A program made the position numbers and the translations under genes. DNA of 64,000 nt. Source: the human T2T-CHM13v2.0 reference genome, Homo sapiens. Below are positions 53,578 to 64,000 of the stretch, piece after piece. Position 1 is the first letter of the stretch, and every line of letters begins with the position of its first letter. The DNA is taken from the NCBI RefSeq assembly GCF_009914755.1, contig NC_060927.1. The stretch is one strand, 5' to 3'. A model generated the notes under the pieces. That model ran no database searches. It was not told the DNA's origin and saw only the letters and a list, made by a program, of their open reading frames with translations.

Positions 53578-54639
53578 TGTAAACCAAAGTACAACTGTAA
53601 GCACCCCAACCGACTAAACGGATCCCTCCTCTAGGCCGAGAGTTTTCCAAAGAAACCAGAAAAGCTAGTTCAGGACATGGTGGGAAGGGGAGATCAGACA
53701 TACCTCATCACACCCTCTTCCCTCAGGACATGGTGGGAAGGGGAGATCAGACATACCTCATCACACCCTCCTCCCTCAGAACATGGTGGGAAAGGGAGAT
53801 CCGACATACCTCATCACACCCTCCTCCCTCAGGACATGGTGGGAAGGGGAGATCAGACATACCTCATCACACCCTCCTCCCTTTGGAATTTAGGCACAAT
53901 TGATCAGCATTAACATGAAAACAGAGATCTTAAGACTGACAAAATAGACTCTGCAGCAATAAGATGCCAAATTCCAACCTGACTTTCATATAGCATCACA
54001 TGGCAGACTGCATGTGATGAAAAGAAATTACTGCATGAAAGAAATTACTTTACCCCAAAATGTATTTCTTTGACATATTTTGAAATGGCTCTGCAAAGGG
54101 GTCTCTTGTAGGGGAAGTATACATTATATAGCGAATCCTCTTCCCTTACCAGGTCTTTTTCTGATCCTGAATAAATTAGCTGACACTCTAGCACCTTTTA
54201 AAGGTCTGAATAAGAAATATTTGCCATCTATTGCCTCTGAAGGTGGCCATCTATGAGACTTCATCTACATAGTAAGTACCTTGGTCTCCACAATGCCTTA
54301 TCTTAACCCAGACACTCCTTTCTATTGATTCTAGGTCTTTAGATAGGTCTCTTTCAACCAATTGCCAATTAGAAATTCTTTTAGTTCACCTATGACATGT
54401 AAGCCCCACTCCCACTTTGAGGTGTCCCACATTTCCAAACCAAACCAATGTACACCTTGCATGTATTGATTGATGTCTGCCTGTAACTTCTGTTCCCTTA
54501 AAATGTATGAAATTGAACTGTACCCCAACTACCTTGGGTACATGTTCTCAATGGGGCTGGGCTATGAGTCCTATTCTCACATTTGGCTTGGAATAAATCT
54601 TTTTGAATATTTTACAATGTTTGGCTTTTTTCATCAACA
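53578..54639 (+). mobile_element. MER4 (D/E-like) ERV1 solo LTR
   Basis: TGTAAACCAAAG...CATCAACA termini, aataaa near the 3' end, 4-bp TSD tcac (53574-53577, 54640-54643). Confidence 0.9.
53670..53881. repeat. VNTR, 53-bp unit x4, inside MER4
   Basis: Unit tcaggacatggtgggaaggggagatcagacatacctcatcacaccctcctccc. Confidence 0.96.
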
Positions 54640-55122
54640 TCACCCTGTACTTACAGGGCCTCAGTTCTTTTGCAACAGGCTGTTGCCTCAACCTTGAAAG
54701 CCCTCCCAGTCTGCCACCCAAGCATTCACATCCATACACCCAATTATCAGATCATTCCTCAAATGTGTATGAGATTCCTATTTGTACCATAGCAGTAAGT
54801 GAGAGAAAGCCACCTTGGCTGGCTTTGAAGATGTAGGAAGGAGTCAAACCCCAGGAATGTCACAGCCTTTAGAAACAGCAAATAGCTCTCAGTTGACAGC
54901 CAGCTAGAAAAATGGGTACCTTGGTCCTACAACCTCAAGCAATTGAACTCTTCCAAAAACTCCAACGGGAGGGAAATGGATTCTCCCCTAGAGCTTCCAG
55001 AAAGGAATGCAGCCTGCTAACAGATGATCCTAATTCCTTGAGACCCATATAGAACCTCTGACCTACAGAGCTGCCACAAAATAACCCCGTATTGTTCAAG
55101 CTGTTGAATTGTTGGTAACTTT

Positions 55123-55570
55123 GTGAGAGGATGAATGTACAAATGGATAATGGCCAGACCATAAATAAAAATAGAAACCTGACCCACAAACTCTGCAACA
55201 GCCAGTCCAGGAAGCCAAACCACAAGCTATTCAGCAGTTGGCCCAAAATGATCAACACTCTGTCAATAACTGTCAACTTCTCTAGTTTTGTTCCCACTTC
55301 CAATTTAGGACCAACCAGAGAAAGCCAAATATGCGTCTCAACTCGAACAGATAAAATGCCCCACTTCGACTTTGACTGCCTACAGCTTCTCTATGCCAAT
55401 AATCTCCAGTTAAACCTTCCATTTTTTCTACTATAAAGTTTCTTTACTCACTGGCCCACCTTTGAGCCTTAGCCAAATTCAAGTAATAGTGGCTGACTGT
55501 CTCTGTATAGCAAACTCTAAATACTTAGCCTTTGTGTATTCTCATGTGGATGGTCTTCCTTTATTTCCAC
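55123..55570 (+). mobile_element. Nested ERV LTR, family unassigned
   Basis: tgagagg...ggccagaccata...ggaccaaccagagaaagccaaatatg...ctataaag...ggtcttcctttatttccac. Confidence 0.6.
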
Positions 55571-56095
55571 TATAGGAGAGGGATAAAAAAACAACTTTTT
55601 TCTCTATTTATCTGAAGTTCTCTAGCAAGGGCCCTGTAAACTAGACTAGCAAAAGACAGATTAACAACAGAAAAACATATGGAAGTTTATTAATGTGTGC
55701 ATCACACATACACATGGGAGCATTCAGAGATGAGTAACTCTGAATAGTTAGAATTGGACTTAAATGCAATCTTAGGCTAAACAAAGGAAAAGGGGCTTGG
55801 GTCTGGGGAAGGAGCAAGGTGACCAAGAAAAAGTATGGTCAGTGCCTTTTCCATCAACAAGGGTTGTGAAGAGTTCTCCTTCTTCTGGTGTGGGAAAGGG
55901 ATGCATTTGTAATTTGTAATTTCCATTTACAAATGGAAAATCACTTTGTAAATGGAAATACTTTTTATAAAAGGAAAGCTCATGCCCTGTTTTTGGAGCT
56001 TTTCCTGAATCCACTGGTTCTCAATGGCCTTTAGCTCAAAATAATTCATATGTCAAAGAGGCATATTTGGGAGTGACATATTCTGGTACCTTGCA
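55571..56095 (-). mobile_element. MER34-group ERV1 LTR
   Basis: Minus strand starts TGCAAGGTACCAGAATATGTCACTCCCAAATATGCCTCTTTGACATATGAATTATTTTGAGCTAAAGGC. Confidence 0.75.
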
Positions 56096-58692
56096 CCAAA
56101 TTTGTCAGAAAAGCAATAGATTAATACGTCCAGTATAGGGGGCAACTTAAGCAAGCAAAAGAATGTGGGGATGAATGACAGAATTAAATTAATTTCTCTG
56201 TTAACAAAGGCTACAGCAGACCATGCAGAAACATACCACCAAGCATCTCCACATACAGACTAGCACTTTTGGTCATGTAATGGAGGACCAGATTATCCTA
56301 TAGTAGGGTGGCAAGAAGCATCATAGAACCAAACTGTGTTCAGATTCAGATACTGTCTTCACATTGTTGCCTAGCCATGAGTGGGGCCACTTAGTGCTGG
56401 TGAACAGTGGGCAGCTTGGAGCCAGCTCACACGTTAGATTTGGACCCCTTACAAAACTAGCATGTGGGTTCTTGAGTTATTAATTGAAAAAATAAAAATA
56501 AAGATTTATTGATGTTTTTTCCTCAGGTTTGTGGAGCATGAAATCATGGTCACCTTCCACTTTCCACTTTAAACATTCGTAGGGTTTGAATTATTTATAT
56601 TGAGCAGGCATTACTTTTATGATCAGAAAAAGAAAACAGCACAAAGACAGGCTAATTTTGCAAAACAACAAAACAAACCCTGAGGTTTATAAATGGTTTT
56701 AATTTTTTTCTGAATCAGTCTTTATGCCACAACAGTCTTCTCAGTTATTTGTGAATATTAAGAGAAATTGTTTCTGAAAAATCCATGCAGTGAGTTAGAA
56801 GTTTCCTCTGAAAATCCAATTTTTATACTTAATCTTATGCGAGTGGATTATTACCAATTTTAATTTTTTATTCATAACGTTGCCACTTCCAGTCTCACAG
56901 GTATCTTTCCATTATTCTTAGGACCGTCATGCATTGAACTCCATTGCATTACATCTCAATTATCTTGTTCCTTAGTTAAGAGGATGAAGACTTACCTTAA
57001 GTTAGAGTTTTAGAAATCGAGAGATATTCTCCATACAAACTATCCCTGAACAAAAGCAAAGTATGTCACTAATGTGCCATCATTGTTGAACTATGTCCCT
57101 GTGGCCATTGTAAACAATTACCAGCAAAATGACACTATGTTAATTAAAGGTTGCCGTTACCCTCTTCAAAGCTGAGGTTATAGCTCTTCCCCATCTGTTA
57201 ATTTTATATTATTGGAATTTAGATTTCTTGAGGAAGCAGACGGCCATAAACTTTCACAGGTGTTCATGGTGCACTGCCTTAACTTTATATGCTGAACAGG
57301 TACAGCTTGAAGTTTGCTGGGCTGCACAGGGAATTAGTGCTTTAAATGATGTGTGGGTAGAGAATTAATTTGTTTTGAACTACCTGAAGAAAATTCAATA
57401 TACTGTGCACAGTGGTTCATGCTTACTTGACATGGTGCAATACAACGAGAAATGTCAAAAAAAAAAAAAAAAAAAGAGATTTAAAGAAACCCTGAATTGT
57501 ATTCTTCAAACCAGCCCACCACTTGTCCTGCTAATAAAACGCCAAACAAGAACATGATCCAAGGATACTGCAGTGGATGAAAATGGAACAAATAGGGAAG
57601 CACTCATGCATCAGTGACTGCTTCAATGTTTATGTGCATAGCACAGCTCATCTCTACTCCCCTGAAATAAAAATAAAATGCAAATCTGCATTTACATTTT
57701 GGACATCTTCACAATATTTTCCACATATATCGTGTTATGCTTCACTTGGCAATGTTCTGTCTCACTTGAATGAAGCCCTTCGACTGTTTCATAATTCATA
57801 AAATGGAGAAGAAAAGAGAAAAAGAGAGGAGAGAGCAATATAATGCCTAGACTTGTAGGTATTTTCTGCAAAAATATAAATTGTTTAAAAGCAAGGAGGA
57901 TATCTTACCACACATGAAATGAATATAAAACTGTAGGAAACGCGGATTGATGAACATGATACAGATTTATTGAATCAACTATTTAATAATACTGCTTATC
58001 TAAATCATGTACCTTGTAGACAGAACTTTATTTCAGTGCTTTATCCCAGCACAAAGGATGTTGCTTGGCATGAAAAAATAACCTGATCAACATTTGTTGA
58101 ATTTATTAAATGGATCATAGGTGCAGACAGACTGGAAGAGACCAAATGTGTACACTTTATAATTACTGGTGAAATTGCAGAATAATTATTGAAGCAGTTG
58201 TACAACCAAAATTTTTTTCCATGATACAGTCATCTAAAGGGTGCTGCCGATTCCTGTGTAGTTATGGGTGTGGGTGTTTGTGCAGGAAAAGAAGTAATGT
58301 GTATATAATGGTGATGGAACTGACCACTGGTGAGGCTTATGAAAAAGACAGTACATTTCCATTGTTTCTCTTTGTTCTGGAGATGGTTGATGTCCTAGGT
58401 CACATATTCTGCCCAAAAGTCTACCAGTTGACTTGTTGATCTACTGTCTCTGATATACCTTGGGCTCTCTAGGCAGAGTGACACTGTGTTCAGGTGTCTT
58501 GGACTGTTGAAATACTTTAGTAGCTGTGTGTAGTTCATGAGTCCAAACTGGATCACACTCTTCCCTCCTAAAATATATTGAATAACTTAATTATAGAACA
58601 ACCCTTAGAAATTACAATTCCTGACTCAAATGTATGTCTTTTAAGAGCAAAATTCAGCCGCAGGCAAAAATTTAACTGATTGCCTAAAACAA

Positions 58693-59705
58693 TGTACCCG
58701 TGTATGTCTTTCAAATCCCCTCCAGATCCACACTGCTACCCTCTCCCAACCTACTTTGTACTCAGAAAGGTTGACTGATACGGACTCCATCAATGGCCTT
58801 CCAGTTGGTTTGGCCAATGGAAAGCCACAAAAAACTCAGAAGGAGGAATGAAAGCGAAGCCAAGGTATTAATTTATTCTACTTTCTCACTGTGAGATTGC
58901 CTCAGGCTATCAGCTTCCCCTGTCAACAGATCACAGGTCAGGGTTCTAGTAACCTGAGTGAGATTGCCTCAGGCTCTCGGCTTCCCCCATAATTTCTTCT
59001 CCTTTCTCACCATGAGATTCTCAGGCTGTCGGTTTCCCTGGTCAACGGATCACAGGTCAGGGTTCTAGTAATCTGAGTGAGATTGCCTCAGGCTATCGGC
59101 TTCCCCCATAATTTCTTCTCCTTTCTCACCTTGAGATTGCCTCAGGCTCTCGGCTTCCCCCGTCAACAGATCACAGGTCATGGTTCTAGTAACCTGAGTG
59201 AGATTGCCTCAGGCTATCGGCTTCCCCGTCAAGAGATCACAGGTCACGGTTCTAGTAACCTGTGTGAGATTGCCTCAGGCTATCGGCTTCCCGGTCAACA
59301 GATCACAGGTCACGGTTCTAGTAACCTGAGTGAGATTGCCTCAGGCTATCGGCTTCCCCCATAATTTCTTCTCCTTTCTCACCATGAGATTCTCAGGCTA
59401 GCGGCTTCCCGGTCAACAGATCACAGGTCAGGGTTCTAGTAATCTGAGTCAGATTGCCTCAGGCTATCGGCTTCCCGGTCAACAGATGACAGGTCATGGT
59501 TCTAGTAACCTGATCTTTTCTTTGCTGTTTAGTGGTAGGTGTAAGAAGATGCCTTGCTGTTCCTGCCCGCAGTACTGAACCAGGCATTGCAGTTTCCTCA
59601 CACAACAGCTTGCACTTTTGTAAATAATGCCTTTAATAAATTCTCCTCAGATTACCTGATTTGAGTATATATCATCTGTTTCCTGCCTGGACCCTGATTG
59701 ATACA
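58693..59705 (+). mobile_element. LTR33-like ERVL LTR hosting a VNTR
   Basis: ccctccagatccacact...tggccaatggaaagccac...; 3' end catctgtttcctgcctggaccctgattgataca. Confidence 0.75.
58890..59512. repeat. Composite VNTR: shared ~30-bp head with two alternative tails (10 units)
   Basis: Head tgagattgcctcaggctatcggcttcccc; tail A gtcaacagatcacaggtcanggttctagtaacctga; tail B ataatttcttctcctttctcacc. Confidence 0.95.
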
Positions 59706-62097
59706 GTCTCTAAGTGGTAACTAAAACATTTTAAAGTATTTGAAGTTTTAAACTGCACCCATTTGTTACTTTAAATTTCCTAAGCGATAGTAGTTTGGGA
59801 GGAACTGAATAAGAAATTCTTATCTATTTTTTTCAACAAAGAAATTCCTGTTTACTTGCAACTATTTTAAAGTTAAGTAACTACTTAGAATTGAGGAGAA
59901 AATAATAAAGCTTTTCTTTTGAGAAATGGAAGCTGTCAAGACTTTATTACCGCGAGGAAGCACTGAAAGTAATCAAGGCTCTTCTGCAAAATGTGATGTG
60001 TACCTTTCTGTCAAATACCATTAACTTACAGGTTTGAATTATAGTTCTATTTCACAAAATAGTATGATGGAATCACACATACTATTAGAAGCTGAGAGTT
60101 CTGTTTAAAATCGACTCTTCTTTGTTCTGGAGAGAAATAGAATGTTCTAAAATATATCCTTCTAATCAACTATTAATAGCTAATTCAATAGCCACCTGCA
60201 TCGAATTCTGCTGTTCTCAGAATAGAACACCTTGATATTTTGAGAGAATGTGTTTGCTCTCCCACTTCTGTGTAAGTGAGCTACAAGGAGAATTTCATGT
60301 GAATTAGTGGGTAAAGTGTTATCTTCATGTAACCCATAAATTGAGCATTTTGTCTCCTATTGGCTACATATCACAATCTGAGTTCATCTTGCAGATATCC
60401 CATTATGTGCCAGAGAATCACATGTGGGTGGGAGCATATAAAGAAATGCTGAAAGATGTTAAATAAAAACTGTATGAACAGTGTGTCTTATTTTATTAAA
60501 GATTTGTTTTCTGTGGGCCTTTTTGTAAAAAATATGTGGGGGATATGGACATTCTATAGAAAAATTTCATTGGAAATTCATAGAGTCAGTGAATATTTGC
60601 AAAGTATGAAAAAGAAATTTTAAAAATCTTTATTTGGAAATATCACTGAGACGAAGTTACCCTTAGGTTTAGATGGCTTGGATAAAGGCCTGAACAACTA
60701 GTATAATTAGTTAAAAAACAGACAAAAGTCTTCTCTACTTACCAACTCATGAAATGGAGATGATCCTCGTATTTTTTCCTCTAGAAAAATACGCTAAAGC
60801 TGTATTGAGGATTAAATGAGACAAAGTCTTATAAAGTTCCTAGCACAATTCCCAGCTCTGCTGTTGTTATTATTTTGTACCCGTGAGTTCAACAGAAATG
60901 CTGCTGCTTCTTTTTTAATTTCAAATAAGAGGAGTAGATTTTGGTGAGAGAGAATAAGGCCAAGATGGAAGTGAGGAGAGGCTGGTAAGTACCTTTTGGA
61001 AAAGAGAAAAGTCAGTGGGCAAGTGGAGCAACCTGGCTGCACTAGATCAAGAAGCATCACACTCCTGCTCGTGAAAGGCAAGGGAAGAACCTTCTAGACC
61101 TCTAGGCTGCCACCACATGCCCATGTGAGTTACAGCTCGTCTGTATAGAGGATTTGTTTAACTCTACTAAGAGTCCATGTCTTTCATTATCTACTAAGAG
61201 TCCATGTATTTTATTACCTAGCATCTTCCCATTGAACAGGTTTATCACCAGAAACGTAGTTGAACTTAAGTCAGCTTTCCCCAGGTTTACACAGCCCCTC
61301 CCTCCTCTTTGCTTTTCAGGCCTGGAGGGTTAAGAGCTTTGCTCTTGCACGTCTCTGGGGGCCATGCCATCCCTTTTGGGTTCCTGTTCACGGATCTAAG
61401 AGTATCCCCTTCATAAAATTCTTCTCCAGTACCTCCGTTTGAGGGTTCTGCCTGTTTTCTAACTTGTCACTGATAGAAAAGGAAGCATTTCAGGGGTGAC
61501 ACACTAGCATCTGGCTATACAAGCACAGCTAACAACCATCTAGCCATGGGCTGGGACTCAAACTCGAACTGTTCAACTTTTTACTAGTCCACTTCCCCTT
61601 GACTCACCAGGGCTGAATCTGGAAGCAGAAGAAAAGAATGTCAAAACAAAGAGAGAGAGGTGGCTGTCCCTCTAGTCCCCCTGGAGCCCAGTTATTGTTC
61701 AAATACTTCTCTGCTCTCTCTCTACAAATAAAGTCGTACAATTCCCCACTCTTAGAGAGCTGACCATCACCTGCAGCCCGCTAAAGCACAAAAGCCTTTC
61801 AAGAACTTCTTACTTGACCTGGCTGCCCCAAAGCCTCTCAGGGGCAGGTTTTACTGGTTGAATCATTGCCTTACATTACTGTCTGAGAGCTGTCCTCATT
61901 TACTATTTTCTAAATAGTTTAATAAGTTATCATTGGCCTATTTTTAAACTTAATTAATATCAATTTCTGCTTTTCTTGGTGTTTGCCATTTTGTGTCACA
62001 TTATATGGCTGATTTGAAGATTTCCATCTCTAATTAATGTATTAATTATCATAAGCAATTTCTCAAATTTGAATATGGAAAATCAAAAAGGCAATAA

Positions 62098-62372
62098 ATT
62101 TCCCTTATCAAGTGCTCTGGGTCCAACGTGCATATAGACACTCACATGTGTTAAAAGTTCAGAGTGCCTCCTTCACCACTGCTTGAGTGATTTCCCTTAT
62201 CAAGTGCTCTGGGTCCAACGTGCATATAGACACTCACATGTGTTAAAAGTTCAGAGTGCCTCCTTCACCACTGCTTGAGTGATTTCCCTTATCAAGTGCT
62301 CTGGGTCCAACGTGCATATAGACACTCCCATGTGTGAAAAGTTCCGAGAGCCCCCTTCACCACTGCTTGAGT
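62098..62372. repeat. Tandem repeat, 92-bp unit x3
   Basis: tcccttatcaagtgc at 62101, 62193 and 62285. Confidence 0.96.
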
Positions 62373-63559
62373 GCAAGGAATAGTCTTGGGTATTTCCTTC
62401 ATTGAGCTTTACTTTCATTGGGCATTCACTATCTGTTTCATCTTGGACGATATGCTTCATCTCTCTGACCCTCACCTTTATCCTTTATAAAAGGGGATTC
62501 TAATACATCCCCCATGGAAGATTGTGAGAATAGAGGGTAGTAATGTGCAAAGCATCTGTACCCACAGCTAGGCACATCATTAATGACAGTCAACCCTGTT
62601 AAACATTGATATTAGTTTCCAGCATCAGTCCAGACTTAACAGCCTCAGAGCCACACAATCCCAATCCCATTAGAAAAGATTATGCATTTTTTTCATTCCC
62701 ATGAGTTTAGGTTAATATAAATTTTAGATATAACCACTAGAACCATTAATATGCAAGGTAATTTGTCACAATTCCCTTCATAATTAACTTTAGCTCACAA
62801 ACTCTATCAGAAGCATTTAAGCAGGAAATCAACAGTATATTAGACAAGGCTTTAAACCAGTTTTATTTTATATACTGAGCCTTACTTATAGCTATGCGAT
62901 AAGGTAATATCAAGTCTATGCAGAAAATATTTTATCTTCTAGTAAGTTTTATTATTATGGATTTAAAATTTTAAATAAATACTGTTTTGCAGTTTAACCG
63001 ATATGTTTACAAATTAGTGGTAGTTAAATATATTCTTAAAACAATTTTGGAGTTATTTTACTGAAAGATCTATTCATAGTATGACCTGGACAATCTTGGA
63101 AGTATACGAAGTGTTAGTTACATGTGGGCTATAAATTTATGATGTTAATTTTAGTATTTTCTCTAGTATGTTTATCATTGCTATCTTTAAATTAATTTGA
63201 TGTATTAAAACACTCAAAAATAAGAAAGCTTCAATTAATATATTTAAAAATGAATTTATCATTCTGAATATTATTCCTTTTTGTTCACATATTCACTAAA
63301 CATTTCTGAAAATCACCTGTGTGACAAATATGTGAGATACTGGGAAAATAGATGGATTAGACACAATGCCTACCCTCAAGGAACTTGGTGAAATTGACAA
63401 ATGAAAAATCAATGGATTAAATATGAATTTGTGCTGTAACAGAAGTGTCCGTAGGGATAATGTGGATCACAAAGGAGGAAGGAGCGATGTTTCTCTTATA
63501 TGTAAAAGGTTAGATTTTATTAAGAAGATGATGCTGAAATCAGATTTTGGAAAGGAATG

Positions 63560-63966
63560 TGATATGGTTTAGATCTGTGTCCCCACCCAAATCTCAGGTC
63601 AAATTATAGTCCCCAGTGTGGGAGGTGATTGAGTCATGGCAGTGTTTTCTCATAAGTGGTTTAACACCAGCACCTTCAGTGCTGTTCTTATGATAGTGTG
63701 TGAGTTCTTGTGAGATCTGGTTGTTTAAAAGTGTTTAGCACCTCCCCACTGTTACTCTTCCTCCTGTTCCAGCCCTGTGAACTGCTCTCCCCTCTTTGCC
63801 TTCTGCCATGGCTGTAAGTTTCCTGAGGCTTTCCCAGAAGCCGAGCAGATGCCAGATCATGTTTCCTGTACAGCCTGTGGAGCCATGAGCCAATTAGTCC
63901 TCTTTTCTTTATAAATCACCCAGTCTCAGGTATTTCCTTATAGTGGTGCGAGGATGGACTAATACA
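63560..63966 (+). mobile_element. MSTA-like MaLR solo LTR
   Basis: tgatatggtttagatctgtgtccccacccaaatctc...ggactaataca; 5-bp TSD gaatg (63555-63559, 63967-63971). Confidence 0.92.
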
Positions 63967-64000
63967 GAATGTTCTGAGTGATCAAGATTAGAATGAAGTT

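Larger units (their letters stand above)
54790..56128 (+). mobile_element. MLT1D/E-like LTR with two nested LTRs
   Basis: gctggctttgaagatg...ggattctcccctagagcttccagaaaggaatgcagcctgc; its 3' tail (tttgtcagaaaagcaatagattaatac) resumes at ~56100. Confidence 0.75.

Noticed and set aside
58890-59512. CRISPR-like look (constant ~30-bp repeat with variable intervening sequence)
   Set aside because: There are only two recurring 'spacers', one resembling the local flank; no cas genes; primate LTR context. It is a VNTR.

Overview
AT-rich primate (human-like) non-coding DNA, intergenic or deep intronic. I can support no intact protein-coding gene, RNA gene or CRISPR array; the ORF track is repeat-derived or chance ORFs. 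The window is a mosaic of transposon fossils: 8 Alus, L1PA fragments (one 5'-inverted), older L1M/L2/MIR, MaLR/ERV solo LTRs, a near-full-length HSMAR2 and a full-length Tigger1. It also has six minisatellites/VNTRs (units 17/20, 57, 70, 53, ~54/66 and 92 bp). The most interesting signals are structural. (i) A ~240-bp foreign fragment captured inside Tigger1 carries what looks like a complete 33-nt frame-preserving microexon with both splice sites. (ii) There are repeated footprints of local templated copying or template switching, including a perfect 59-bp-arm palindrome, an 81-bp inverted insert, a hairpin on the L1 RT FADD motif and a 124-bp ectopic duplicate. (iii) Two VNTRs have higher-order or two-unit internal grammar. 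Repeat subfamily names come from recalled consensus sequences and need RepeatMasker/Dfam confirmation. I could not identify the locus, and I see no demonstrable new biological system, only testable leads.
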